A stretch of DNA of 60,148 nt, filler included, from Sphacelaria rigidula (taxonomy: Eukaryota): assembly GCA_964200075.2 (NCBI GenBank). It is 8 parts of 8 records of this genome, joined end to end, with 100 filler letters (N's around TTAATTAATTAA, not from the genome) between each part and the next. Parts side by side here need not be neighbours in the genome. Positions count along the whole stretch, not along the records: positions 7,533 to 14,963 come from CAXNAA020014952.1; positions 15,064 to 22,494 come from CAXNAA020014953.1; positions 22,595 to 30,025 come from CAXNAA020014954.1; 5 more parts are not named here. The stretch is one strand, 5' to 3'. The notes below the pieces were generated by a model. It was not told where the DNA came from. It worked only from the letters and a program-made list of their open reading frames with translations, and did no database searches. Shown piece by piece: positions 10,006-23,375 of this stretch. A program made the position numbers and the translations under genes. The first letter of the stretch is position 1. Each line of letters opens with the position of its first letter.

Positions 10006-13000
10006 TCACAAATACAGCCCGCCTTCTCCGGTTCCCGTGTACTGCCCATGTAGCGAGTGAGCTGAAGAACAACAGTTGGACGATGTGACGGCGGTAGAAG
10101 AAATCGAATGGTCGAGAGCTTTGGCCGTAGCCAGCCGCGATTTCAATATCGCGCGAGCTCTCGCGCCGCCCGAAACGTCCCGGCTATCTGCCATGCATGG
10201 TCCGTGCCCCGAATAGCTGGTCGAATACGTAGCCACTGGACTGTGCTGGCTGAGTTTTCCTCGAGGGACCTCGGTACCTTTTGTCTGAAGGGAGAAGTCG
10301 GCACTCACTTCGTAGGGGGAAACATGCTCCCGCTCCAGTACCGCAGCAGGTATCATGCCTTCCACCGCGTAGCCACACTCGGTGCCATGGTAGATGACGA
10401 CCCATGGCGGCATCGGCGGGATCTTACGGTGTATCCTGTAACGATAGACTCCGCACTCTCGCTCGCCGTCGTCCCACCGGATGTCGTAGAAACCACCACC
10501 GGCGCTCGCTGTTATCACCGCGGGCAGCAAGCGAGGCCTCCGCTCTTCTTGAGGCACCTGTTTGCTATTTAATTCGCTTTCTCTGATGTTATGATCATCC
10601 TCATCTTCACGGTTTCCATCATTCTCTCGGCCATCATCACCTTCACCCCTCCGAGCAAACCCTGTTGTGTTGTCACTGCTTCTTTCCCTCGGCAGCCCCA
10701 CCGTCGCCCCCACCGACGAAATAGACTGCGTCATGATGCCCATGCTCCCCGCAGTTGACGTCGTCGTAGCGCTAGATGCCGCAACCACGGCAGTCTTTCT
10801 TTCAGCCCTGCTCAAGTACTCAACGAGGACTGCATCACCCGCTTGCCACTCAAGAAACCCACCGCGCATATGTAAAGTATACTCCAACAAATCGCCCGGA
10901 AGGTTCCCCACGGCGTCGACCGTGGGTCTGTCCCATGCCAGCCAGAGAGTGGTACTGTTTGCGCAGCGAAGGTGCGGAGTCGGGGCCATCGTGAGCTCCT
11001 GTCACATCACGAAAATCCAAAAAGGTGGGGTGAAGAAAGTGGAAAACACCGAGCACGTGACCGAAATGAGAGTGTATGTCGGAAACACGCGGCCTAGACG
11101 ACGCAAGCTCTACGTCAAAGCGGATGGCAGCGCGATGACTTCCATTCTTTTTAGACTCGCCCATAAGCATCACGACGACCACACGGATAAAATGTGCACC
11201 CGATTTTGGCCAATGCCGAGGATGATGAGGCTCTGCGTGGGAAACGTGGCATTTTCAACAGCCTGACAAAGTGGCGTAGAAACAGCGCCCTTGAACGACG
11301 AGAGCGTGTATTCCGGTCAAGCCAGAACCCCCTAGTTCCGTGCACGCTCCCTACACCCTAGCAGTATAAAGTGCTTGCTACACTTCACCGGGATAGCACT
11401 TCGCGCGTCCTCAGCTGTCATCTCAGCTGTTTCCTGGGCTTCCCGCACCTGCTCCAATTCCTTTCGCATCTTTTCCTGCATTGCTGTTCGCCTCAATGTC
11501 GCTGTCTCCGACTCCTCCCGTATCTGTCGCTCCCGCTCCAACCGCTGGTGAAACTCCTTTTGAAGCCTTTGTTATCGACCGAGGGAATAACTCAAGGCGT
11601 CAAAGAAGGAGGGCTCAAACGGCTGAAAGCTGGAGAGGGCATGAAACGTTGTAAAAAATAGGCAACCATTGCCTACGAATGTGTGATCCGGCTTGAGACT
11701 ACATGGTATTGGTGAGGAGACATTCGATCTGGCGTCACGCCGTCGAGACAACTGGGGCCTCCTAAAATGTCAAGGGTTGTTCGTTGCGGAGCCGATTTCT
11801 ATATGTGATATACTCCTACGGTTTTCCAAGCATTCTCATTTCGAATTCGTCAGCTACACTTCCATATTTGTGCATACGTGCCTTCTTTCCTTTTCGCTGG
11901 CCTGCTCAACGTCAAGAACCAGTAGCTCGCCGTTTTTCTCTCCCGCCTCGGCACCCCACCCGCCGAAGTACATCACTCGATGGCCAACGGCGCATCCCGC
12001 GTGTGCTGCTCGAGGCTGTGGTGACGACATCGCCTTTCTGATTTCGTCCGCCACCAGCTCTACCCTCCAACGGTTAACTGCCGTCACAGCCTCAGCTTGC
12101 AAAACCTATCCATAGAGATTTCGAGCAAAAACGATGAATGAAATTTAGGTGCCACCACGATAAACTGAGAGATTACGATGTGTGTGCGACACGGTGTTTT
12201 GGCATTTGACGTCGAAATGATTACCTTCGTCCTGTCCATAGACTTGAACATGGGTGCAATGTTTCGTCCGTAATTCGCGCGGGAACAAGTGTTACAACAA
12301 AAGGCTTGATGTGGCCCAAGCGCGTGGTTATGGACATGACCTGTGGGAGAAAGATCGTCGTAGGACGGGCAGGTCCTGCGATAAACAACACAATACAGTG
12401 GCTCCTGTACTGCGGCCTGCAACCAGCAAATCGTGATGCCCGTACAGGTAGGAGGAAACCAGTCGCATATCATCCCACCTATAGAGTACCACATTTGTTG
12501 TAGTCACCTATAGACACCTGCATAGTCCTTCCCCCTGGAGCACCGATAGTCATCGCTCTCTGCTTGGCCTCAAAAAGTGATCGCGCAGCTCGTCGAACCC
12601 GCCCCTTCGCTGCTTTCATCCTTGGCAGTATGCCTTCAGGGTACTGTGCGCCTAGAATTCTAGTCCATCGTCCATGAGCGATATCGAACACGTAAACGCC
12701 GTCATCTGCAGCTTGCCTCGTCTTGGTTGTTGGCAGGCAACCCCCCCATACAATAACCTTGTCGCCGATAGCCACAGCTGAAAAATGCATTCGAGCCGTT
12801 GGTGTAGGGGTTCGTATTCCCGAACGGCTACTACTAGCACTGCACCCAGTTGGCACATTTGCTCCCCATATCATACTATCTGTGTCAAGAAATGTGCCAT
12901 CTAGATGTCGCAGGGGATGCCTTGACTGTAGCTCAGCCCAGTATGTCGAAGCTGCTTGTTCGTGTAAAGCAGAGTGCAGTTGCTCTTCCTTCAGCGTCGT

Positions 13001-14299
13001 TTCACGTTCCCTTGCCGCTACAACTGCTGCCAATTGCGCCTGACCCCTTGATAGATCCCTCCAATTCACTGGCACGGTGGGTCCTTTACAGTCCGTACTT
13101 CTGTGTGGATCAGTCGATAAGTGGTCGTTCAGTTCGACGAGGTTGGCCAGCGCCCCTACAGTCACTTGGGCTTCTTCAAGTTCGTAGGCATGATTGACGT
13201 TGTCCACAGCGGCGCAAACCCGTCGCTGTAGTTGGTGACAATCTTTCGGAAGTCCCTCCTCCGCCACCCTACTCACGCAGCAACCTCCGAGAATCAGCAC
13301 TTGGCCTTCGGAACAAGCAACGAGAGCATGACCATACCTCGGAAGGGGGGAAGATCCTACTACAATTTGTTCCGTCCAACTCTGAGACATTATGTCCCAA
13401 GTCCAGACATCGTCGAAAATCTGCCCACTGCGCTCATCCGTGCCCCCAAACAAAACAACTGTTTCGCGGACTTTGGCTGCAGCGCTCCAGACTCTCGGCG
13501 CAGGGCTCCGTCCCTCGGGACAGATGGCATTTGTCTTTTCCCAACGCATACTCCGGACGTCGAGGATGTATGTGTCGCCCTCTTGTTGACCACCCTTCAA
13601 ACGCCCCCCGAACATCCACATCAACTCGCCAGTTAGAGCTAGCGCTACGTGGCCGCACCGCCCCTCTGGCAGATCCCCCACCGTTCCAGGATGATGCCAT
13701 GTGGAAAGCCCGACGTGGAACACGCGAACGTCGGCGTGGTACGTCAAAGCCTGTTGCCCATTACTCGTAGTCGTGTCACCATCACATGGTGCTATCTTGT
13801 TGCCGTTTCCTTTGCCGCTGTTTTCCACCCTCACCAAGCTCATGGGCTCGCCGCTGGCGTTCGATACACCGCCAAACAAAATGAGAAGTCGCGTATCTTC
13901 CCGAAGGCTACCGGACCCGTTCAGCTGCACCATGCTATGCCATGCCCTCAACGCGGGGCTTGAGAGATCGACAGGTTTGCCTGCAAGTTCATCTGCGGGT
14001 TGTGAGGTCAGTGTATCCCAGTGTAGTGTCGACAGCGACGGCGCCAAACTCTTCGAACCAGCGTTCTCAAGGTCTATCGGAGCTTGCTGTAACACGTCTG
14101 AAATGTCGTCCATAACTAGGTCGACGTTGTCTTTAGGTAAGGTTTTGAGGATAGACTGCTCGTCTCGTTGGTCAAGCCATTCTTCGGTGTGCTGACATGT
14201 TCCGTGAGGAAGGGTGCACACAATACACCTATCAAGCGAATCCGCGGCGTTGAAGTCACTGGCCTTCCCTCTTTTCCAGGCGTTCAGGCACTCGTCCAC
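10006..14299 (-). CDS. Kelch-repeat protein with coiled coil and C-terminal FN3/Tudor-like region (5'-partial). Exons ~14299-12518, 12105-~11880, ~11566-11389, 10998-10006
   Basis: Repeated Kelch motifs (RAWHSM..LFGG, RCGHVA..MFGG, RVWSAA..LFGG, RYGHAL..ILGG, RMHFSA..VWGG, RAAHAG..YFGG). In-phase splice sites: CAG|GTG at 14299, CAG|GT at 12518, TAG|GTT at 12105, CAG|GAG at 10998. The boundaries of exon 3 are ambiguous. Confidence 0.85.
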
Positions 14300-14903
14300 C
14301 TGCGGCAAAATACGGTGTACGGAGAGTAAGTGTCCGAAATCCGCAACATCAAGGAGGATAGACATCGGAGTTGCGCTCCGACAAAACTGGCGTCGAATCG
14401 GATACTGTGTATGAAGTTGAGACGTAACAGGAGGTGCGCGGAATCCGCGGATTGAAAATTCCGGCGGATATCCGTATCATTCTCCGGGTTCGGCTCCGTC
14501 GGAGGTCTTACGGAACGGATTTGATTAATTTGAGGACAATGTTCGAAACAAATGCATGTGCTGAACTGTGGACGTCGCACGTATTCACGAATACTACTAC
14601 TCCGTCTTCTGCGTGCTTAATTCCACAATGTGTGCATGAATGCATGTCCTCAGGTCATGCGGCCCTGTGCGTGGAGCGCGAGCATCACCGCTCATCAAGG
14701 CAATAGATTACTCGATATCCCACAAAACGACATGTACTTGGACCTACGTGATGACGTAACGGCCTCATCGTCTGCTGAATGAGAATGAATGTTACATACA
14801 TCACGTATCAACAACGGATAGCGGACGGCATGCTTCAATGTGCCTCATACTCGTGATTCATAACTTATACTGTACGTGGCAGCAACCAAACAACGGCAAC
14901 TAC

Positions 14904-14963
14904 TGTGGGAGATACCTCTTTGCAGTGACATATCAGAGACTGATGTCACACATGTATACAGAC
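14904..14963 (+). mobile_element. 5' start of an LTR, same family as the LTR at 31926-32283
   Basis: TGTGGGAGATACCTCTTTGCAGTGACATATCAGAGACTGATGTCACAC matches the reverse complement of ~32235-32283. Truncated by the contig end. Confidence 0.8.
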
Positions 14964-15063
14964 NNNNNNNNNNNNNNNNNNNNNNNNNNNNNNNNNNNNN
15001 NNNNNNNTTAATTAATTAANNNNNNNNNNNNNNNNNNNNNNNNNNNNNNNNNNNNNNNNNNNN
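14964..15063. other. Artificial contig spacer
   Basis: 44 N + TTAATTAATTAA + 44 N. Confidence 0.99.
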
Positions 15064-16903
15064 GGAACTACCTGCTGCTCGTCGTGCTCGGCTTTTCCCA
15101 TTTCGATTCACGTGAAGATTTTGCCTCCCAAAACCATGCACTTTTGGGGGAGGGGCTATCGTAGAAAGTGTGGTAAGTGGCATCGCCATTGTCTCACGGT
15201 CGAAACGCGGCCCGTCTATCGCACGAGGAAAAGCAGCAGCAGCAGCAGCAGCTTACCTACCAGCAGCTATGTACGGTTGCGGCGTGGGGCTGAATCAGCG
15301 GGTACCGATACTGCTGCCGCTGCTGCTCTACTCGTGCAGGAGAAGGTCTGCGTTTCGACCGTGCGACAATGCCGATACACCTTGCGCGTGATCGCCGCCC
15401 TGCTGGGAATCCCTGTTCCGTACCACCCATTGATGGGTCCATGCTTGCTCACTTGGCGAAGTGCTGGAAGATACTGTATAGCTGTGCCTGTCTGCCTTTG
15501 CCAGCTGTGCACATGGGTGTGTAGTTCACGCGCGAAATCTGCTGATGATGGGAAAGTACGCTGTGCACTCCATGGTGAGCCGAACGGCCCACGCGTGGCA
15601 ACCATTTTTATGTCCCTTTCCCATTTCCATCGGATTGTTCCTCCATTCTCACTTTTTTTAAATTCCAAAATGGTTCATCTTTAGAATTATTTCGGGGGCA
15701 ATGAGATTGGAGGATCAGCCCTCGACCAACCACACAAAGACGAAAAAAAACACGTGCTCGTACTATGCCAGAATCATTATCATTGTCACCGTGCGTTCTC
15801 ATTCCTCTCGTGTTGTTGACACGGGATCTTTTCCCCTGAAGCTTCCAGACACCTATTTCGAAGCCAAACATACAGACTTTCGGGGGGGAGGGAGTTGTTG
15901 GACTAACTACAGCTGTAACTGATGAGGGAAATAGCGTCCAGCGTCTCAGTAGAAGAGGCCGTTTCCACGTTGCCACGCGTATTCCACCGGTTCTATTTAC
16001 TCGTGACATCCCACGGCTAGCAGCATACTACTCGTGTGCTATTAATCATAAAATATAGCGTCTCAAGCTGGCAACACAGCAGGAGTGATTGCGCGTGCTA
16101 CAAGTATTTTCATGTATCTACTATAATCGGCGGCTGACATCTTCGTATATGCATGACCACGTCTACCATATATCAGAATGACTCGGTAATACTCGGAAGG
16201 ATACAGCGTATCTCCTTGCTAGAGAATGTCGAGGTTTGACGTGTTGAAATGCGTTTAATCTGGCACATCTCTCTACGAAACATACGGCACCGAATGCTAG
16301 TTCTGTAGTACTAGTCACCGTCCAAACGGAAAGTCAGCCCAATCGGGATAGGTGGACATTGGAAGGAACAGGTTGTTCTAGGGGAAATCGTCCCAATCTC
16401 AACTTGTTGCGCGATACCGGGTGAAGACTCCTTTTCGTCGGGGGGATTATGAACCTTTGGGGGGTTCAGTAACACGATTCTTCGGCTGCAGCGCTACATA
16501 AACTACAAAAGCGGGACCTGGACAATTCCTGGCTAGGATTATCGGGATTGGCATGATCAAGGAAATATATAGAAGAGCCAGAACCCCTGGCCGTACGCTC
16601 CTCGGACGCCGCCGACGACCAGTTGGCCCGGTTACCTCCGAAGTCATTCAAACTTTATCGTCCAAGTGATTTCCATTCGAAATTCTCCACGGGTAGGTCG
16701 GGTAGGGGAGATGTACCTTACACCCGGGTATTTTGAGACGTCGTACTTTTACCCGAATTACCCGATATGTGGGCAGTTATATGAAATGCATAACTTTCTC
16801 TACCCCAAGTTTGGGTAGAGTATTGAGATTATCGTGAGTGATGATCTAGATGACCGATGCTACGGTAGGGGTGCACTTTTCACGCGAAATCGTGTCTGCT
16901 TAA

Positions 16904-17950
16904 CCCTTTTGGGACCGAGCCTCCGGAACAACCAAGTAGGCTGGTCAGGAATGACGTGTCTGGCGTCTGCACACAACAGTGGCGTGTTGCTGAAAATTCT
17001 CGTATGTAACCGCAGGGTTATGACGAAGACCGTAAGCTTCATCCGAATTATTTTCAGGTGCAGGGTGCGCATTAGGTGGTGTACATCTGATGCAACAAGC
17101 AGTATGTGTCGCGGTAGAGAGCTTCCAACAGGATGCGGCGATCGGCGGGCCGCCCGCCACTTGTGGCTTTGGATAATACTATTATCCCCATCACCTTGCC
17201 ACACAACCCCTTGTTGTCGGGGTGGGCCGCCATTTCCCCCCTTGTTGCATGCGGCAAATTTTCTTGAGGGGAATCAACGTTGCAGCGCTCATGCATACAA
17301 CAGTATAGTATACAGTACTCGTACAGTGTAGTACCCCTCTCCGACTGAAGCAGCAGCTGCCGCTGCACACACCCTTGCACGTTTTGGGCAGTTTTCGGCT
17401 ACCGTGATCAACTGCATACATACAGCTTCTTAATCCCCATCCACTACGTAGTTGTTCACTGCACCCTGTAAGTCATCGCCAGAGGGATAAGCAGAACTCA
17501 TGACAGTAGATCCTTCTGTCTTTCCACAGCCCACCTGGTTTTAGGGCGTGGTGAAAATGACCACATGAAAGCATGTACACTCCTTGCCGGCTTTTCCGGT
17601 CGACCCTCTGTGAGTGTAAATTACTACGTTTTAGTGGGGAATTGAGACCCAAAAAATCCACCGGAAAACTCGGGAACGGTATACTGAGTGCAAGTAATAC
17701 CATATAACCCAGCTGCGACCACCCTGCGCTTGGAAACCTGCGAAGGCTTATCTGGGCCAGGGATAAGGTAGGTCCCCACACGATCTTTACAGTGGCATCA
17801 TACTCGCCAACAATCCCCGTGCTGGTCGTTCGGGTCTGGTCGATGAATTTCGCCTCGCTGTGATTGGGTAGGTCGCTCGAAGACTTGTTTTTTATTATTC
17901 CACTAACTCAGGGTCAATCCTGTGTTAGTGGGGGTCCGGTCCCAAAAGGG
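16904..17950 (-). mobile_element. Internally deleted piggyBac transposon
   Basis: TTAA TSDs at 16900-16903 and 17951-17954. Perfect 14-bp TIRs CCCTTTTGGGACCG. Minus-strand frameshifted remnants resemble the piggyBac transposase C-terminal half (LWKDRR motif, Cys-rich tail TCKGVC...C). Confidence 0.85.
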
Positions 17951-17954
17951 TTAA

Positions 17955-19080
17955 AACCCTGGCTGGTGGAAATTCGGAACAGTATTTTGCAGGCCGTTTA
18001 CCGGCCCACGTTTGATTTTTGTGTATTGAAACTTTGTGCGGGGCCTCGCTAGGTCCTGATGAACCACAAAAAATGGATGAGGTTGGTTTTGATGTATTTC
18101 TTCCGCTGGCTTAGAGCGTTTTAGTACGGTAACGACCGTTTTTTTACGATAACACCCGAACCTCTTCCCCCCCCCGAAAAAATCAAGGCCCATTTTTTTT
18201 TTAATTCAGCATACCGCTGTGGTTCTCCATGCTAAGTTTGACACCACAATTCCAAAAATTGAGCTAGAAAAATGAGATAAGGCCTATGAGCAATGTTCAT
18301 CTTTCCTCACAACTCCCATAAAAACGCGAAAAAAATGAAAAAAAAAATCGAGAAACGGTGAAAAGTTGTGTGATGCACTGCTATTATGCACTGGCGGTTC
18401 TCCATACCAAATTTCATAGCACAACTCTCGAAACTGCGACGCGATATCCAAATTTAGGGCATTTGGTGCCTCTGTTCGTAATATATTGATTTTAGTGTCG
18501 AAATTTATGTGCGCCATATCTCGAGATAGATTACGAATTAGGTGAACGTGAGGGTATCTATCGTTTCCCCGTGCTCCAGGGAAGGTTCGCACCAAAAATC
18601 GTCATCATGCGCTGAATGTATCGTTCGGGGTTTCATATAGATTTGAGTGTGGAGCTAAACAACTCCACACCTGAAGGAGTTCACCCTGTCCTCGTCGGTG
18701 GTTGAATCGTACCGGTTGCAGTTCTCTTTTACAGCGCTTCACGCACTCCGCTGTATCTTCAACCGCACCCGTACCCACGCCTCCAGTGGACGCTATCTCC
18801 GTACGGTATAGGGATTACTAAACATGTAGTTTAATCATCGAGAAAATATTGACCCAGATTTTTGAGCAGATGGGCATCTTTCCCTTGATTAGACGATTTA
18901 CACGATATGCGGATCATGGCCCAACTCGTCTGTGTGGATGAGATATTGCTTTGAGAGCTTAAATCCCTTTTTAGGCTGGCCCAGCTCGTAGCTTTTTCGG
19001 TTGAAAACCCACGGCGGAAACTAAGGAAGGGATACATGACCTCTATGGTGCAGATGACCATGCCAGATACCACCATTTCA
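17955..19080. mobile_element. Probable non-coding arm of an unclassified DNA transposon
   Basis: AT-rich and ORF-less. Motifs CATACCAAATTTCA (~18403) and TAGGCTGGCCCAGCTCGTA (~18972) recur at 45188-45277 on another contig. No termini identified. Confidence 0.35.
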
Positions 19081-20032
19081 CAAAACTATGCAAACCGCAC
19101 ATGGTTCATTCGCAGCTACCGACTTGACCCTGCAGCATGGACCACGAGCTGAGCACAGGGGGACGCACATACACTGCAGTGATGGGGAACCGACACCACC
19201 ACCCTCTGGGCATAATGTATTTATCATATGTTGGCGAAAACTTGGGCATCTAATTTTGTGATCGGGTTCACCAACGTAGTTGCGTGTTGGGGTGGGCGAT
19301 CGAATTGCGAACACGCTCATGGACAGTGGAGGCAGTACAAAACTGTACACGTTTCAAATCTTCTTGGCATCCTCCTGTATCCAGAGAGTACAGATAGCTC
19401 TGCTGCCTGCTGTCTGTATGTCGCGTTGCCCGCCTCTTGTCCACATCGCGCCTGCATGCTGTACGAAAAACACACACACACTATTTAGACATTGCAGGCA
19501 GCACTACTGTACTGACTGTGCGGTCTGTACCGTCTGTATTCAATACGAGTAAGTAAACAAGTACCGCTTCGCGAGTTTCGCTTGGGCTTTCTCGATCCAA
19601 AGCGTGCGAATTCGCTCGGATCCAAACACAGCACAACGAACCTAATTAATTCCGCCGCATTAACTCGTTGGAGTCGACAAAAAATGGTGTATACCGGGAA
19701 CGAAAACACAAAGCCAGAGTCAAAAACCATTTTGGAACGTGATTTTTCTCCATAGCAACCCGTGTCTGAGTCCTATTGAGAACAAACATTTCTTCCCCCC
19801 ATCTGTTTCTTGGACTGGACGTACGTCGGAACAGCTCTGAACATCTGGATAGGACTGCTCTGAAGTCAACTCTGAACCTGGCAGCATGAGGACGCTGACT
19901 GAAACACGTCACATCGGCGCAACAGACCCCCAAACAACTACGCACGAACACTCGCCACCTAAGCGCGTTATGTCGGGTGCTAGCTCTATGTTTCACGGCA
20001 ATCCGTTCAATCTTGGACGAGGGACGGGCTGA

Positions 20033-20392
20033 TGTGTGTGTGTGTCGTCATCCCATCTATTCTGGACGCCAGTCTACACCTTTCGGTATATGTGGACGCA
20101 CCAGCCGGGGTCACACAGGAGAAATGCCAACACAGGAATATCCTCTTTCATTTTGTTTTAGTTCTCCACCTTCCTCCTGAGGTACTTGCCTTTTTTTTAT
20201 CGCGAGAGGGGTTCAGCGGTCCCTTTCCCTCGTCGACCATCAAGTCGAATTTTCGTAACCACGACATGATCTTTCTCCACTGTTGGGCATTGTATAGGAA
20301 AAGATTCCAGACCGTGTGAATGCGCCGAGGTTCGAACCCACGACCCAACCGTCAAAAGATCTCGAGGTTAACAACTGAGCCACCAGTGCGAC
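20033..20392 (-). mobile_element. tRNA-derived SINE (family C), full copy
   Basis: Reverse-complement A box (CAACTGAGCCACC), B box (GGTTCGAACC) and (TG)n tail. GACGGGCT on both flanks is a possible TSD. Confidence 0.85.
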
Positions 20393-20807
20393 GGGCTTCT
20401 GCATGCCACAAAAGTCGCCAAAGCGTGCAGTCGTTGACCGTACCCATGTCTGTGGTCTATGTTGGAGGGTCTGACGCAAATCGTCGAATCTCTTTTCATT
20501 TCAGCACACATTAGCCCGAAACCGAGGACATATTTACCAGCTGATGAACCGCTACGGGGGGGTACCACTGTATTGCTATGCTATATTTAATGGGTGAACT
20601 TTTCGAGTTAATGCGTGGTTGCGCATTGGGTTCCTATCACCTCTCTATGTGTCGCCCTGTGGTCGTTTTGTATTTTCCTCTACGCAGTTGATTTTCTCTC
20701 GAACAGACCCAACACGGGTTTTTATTTTTAGAACAGTCTCAAAACACGTTTCGAAATTGCGATCGTCACAAAAATAGTCACGATAGATCCTGTTTTGTCT
20801 TGTTTTT

Positions 20808-20870
20808 GGGTGGGGAAAGGTGTACTCATAATGTTGCATGCCGTAGTCATATGATCATTGACCTTGCACA
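20808..20870 (-). repeat. Family B 3' fragment
   Basis: GGGTGGGGAAAGGTGTACTCAT...TTGCATGCCGTAGTCATA matches 2206-2265. Confidence 0.65.
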
Positions 20871-21045
20871 ATACAGTACATATAGCATCGTATACCAACA
20901 TGTATGCAGTTGATCTTGTGCCATTCTGAGCTTGAATATAAGATGTGGTTGATGTGTGTTGGGTGGGGTGGTCGCTGGTACATTAGTACAGCTCTAATAT
21001 ATATATATAATATAGTGCATGTTCTTGTGTTTTTCTTGACCTCTA

Positions 21046-22494
21046 CAGACCAACCTACTGCACCTTATGGATATAGTTAGACCGCCTACTATCGTAGGTA
21101 AGATTATTCAGGGTAGGAAAGACACCGGGCTGACAACGTACTGTTTCTTTCTGGACGTATAAAAAGCTTATCACACAATATGGAGAAATGGGTCGTGGAA
21201 GAAGTTGTGGGAAGCTGGGATTAGGGGAAAGATGTGGAGAATGATGAAGAAGATGACAGAATGTGCCCAACGTGCCATGATGCTAGACGGGGAAATATCG
21301 AATTATTTCTATATTTTCCAAGGAGTCGCACAACGATGTACGTTGTCACCAACGTTTTTGAAGGTGTTTATTAATGACCTGATAATAGCAACAGAAGCAG
21401 CAAAGCAAGGAGTCAAAGTGAGTGAAGATATGGCATCAGGATTGATGTTCGCAGATGATTTTGTAGGGATTTCCAGCAGAAGGATTACAGACACAGATGG
21501 ACAAGGCGCTAGAATACACCGGGAAATGGAGAGTGGCAGCGAGCGTCAACAAATGCGCGGTACTCGTTTGTAACGAAGATGAGAAAAATCCGGTAGAGTT
21601 CAAGAGGAAGTGGGGAGAAGAGGAATTGCCGATCGTAGACCAGTATACCTTGGCGTAGAGATCTCAAGAAACTGTTCTTGGGATGCACACATAAATGAAG
21701 GCACAGATAGGCAGGATGGACGTGATCCTTAGAGACTCGCACCTAGGCACTAGGATCAAGAGATGTATCCTCATGAACGTGATTGTTCCAAAGCTGGAAT
21801 ATGCAGGAGAAGTATGGGAGGGGAACGTGACGTTGGTGGAGGAGTTGGAAACAGTACAGATGGCAGCAGCTAATAAAATACCTGGATGCTCGAAAACGAC
21901 GAGTAAAATAGCATTGAGAGCGAAGTTGAGCATGTGCTCACTTGAAACTAAAAGAGACAGGAGGAAATTGCGATGACAATATAGCGCAGCAAACACGCAG
22001 AGGAAGAGATTGCCAGCTATAATTGATGAGACTGTATGGAATAAAACTACGAAAGGGAAGGCTGGAATAATGTGGGATGAAGAAGTCGAGAAAGTGTGGA
22101 AGGAGATGGGAGGTAACCAACAGAAAATACTGTCCATAGGTGAAGACGCGGGGTACAAGACAAGTAAGAAATATGATGGAAATAATCAGAAAAGGAGCGC
22201 TCGGACGCAAAAGAGACGAGAAAGAACACCTGGAGATATACGGGTAGTTGAGACAGGGGATAGGGGTGAAAACATATTTGCATGGCCCAATGGATGCGAC
22301 GAAAAAACTGAAACTGCGATTTCGGGTGGGGGACCTGGACCTGCCAGAAAGAAAAATGAGATTTACCAATCGTCGAAAGGAGGAGGGAGTAGATGAACAG
22401 AACTGCCCCTGTGGCGAAGGAAAAGAGAGCAGAAGTCATGTAGTGGCAGAATGTAAACTATACAAGGAGGAACGGGACGTGCTAGAGGGGGAAA
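21046..22494 (+). mobile_element. LINE family A, 5'-truncated, degenerate reverse transcriptase
   Basis: FFLDV*KAY, LWEAGIRGKMWR, QGVAQ.CTLSP, LMFADDFVG, LEYAGEVW and the knuckle CPCG...HVVAEC. Frameshifted. The 3' half matches 3005-3580. Confidence 0.93.
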
Positions 22495-22594
22495 NNNNNN
22501 NNNNNNNNNNNNNNNNNNNNNNNNNNNNNNNNNNNNNNTTAATTAATTAANNNNNNNNNNNNNNNNNNNNNNNNNNNNNNNNNNNNNNNNNNNN
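22495..22594. other. Artificial contig spacer
   Basis: 44 N + TTAATTAATTAA + 44 N. Confidence 0.99.
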
Positions 22595-22656
22595 TCGAAC
22601 CCCACAACTCAACCATCAGAAGGTTACGACGTTACCAACTGAGCCACCGGGGCGAC
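22595..22656 (-). mobile_element. tRNA-like head of a family C SINE (contig edge)
   Basis: TCGAACCC...ACCAACTGAGCCACCGGGGCGAC. Confidence 0.8.
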
Positions 22657-23375
22657 CGGCAATGGACTACAACAGAATGTACGTGCTGTGGGATTAGCAC
22701 CTCCAACAGATGTCACTGCTGCACTCGCATCACGCCGGCTAGCCACCATCGGCTACCGCAGTGGTGTGTGTACACCCGTGCGGTACACTATACTGCACTG
22801 CACTAACGTGGGATACTATGACACGGCACGACAAGTGTAGGAAAATTCACCGTTCATAAGCTGTGTGCTACCGAGCACAAATCCACCCCACTCCTTCAAA
22901 ACATGAACCCCCGCGCAACAACAACAAAAAAGCCGATCCATAAAATGGTACCCTGCAGATCCGCTTTCCGCATGTATAACAGAGCCATATTTTGCAGGGG
23001 TTTGTGCATCGCCACATTCGGGAGATACATTGGTATTACTTCCGACCCACGTACAAACCCAGGCTTTGGACCCCCTCACTATTGGCCACCACGACGGGGT
23101 AAACCTTGTCCAACCTCGACGCACTGAAAATCAACCGCCTTACATAGCCCCACCAAACATGCGGACGCAATATTTTCACATACACACACAGTTTCCGCGG
23201 GAGTGGCCACCGCGATATCCAAAACGTTTGAAACCGAGGAAACAAGCATCGCTCCGGCACCCAAAAAAGCATGGCCGCAGCATGTCTTGTTCCCCGAATC
23301 AAGTCGGCACAGGCCTCCGGTCCCGTCAGAAGGTGGCCATCGCGCCCATAAACGTCAGCACCCTCAATCGCACTT

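Noticed and set aside
15112-16009. ORFs of 133-190 aa
   Set aside because: Low-complexity, Cys/Arg-rich random-like composition with no motifs or splice support.
19485-19996. Minus-strand ORF pair
   Set aside because: No recognisable family and no supported exon structure.
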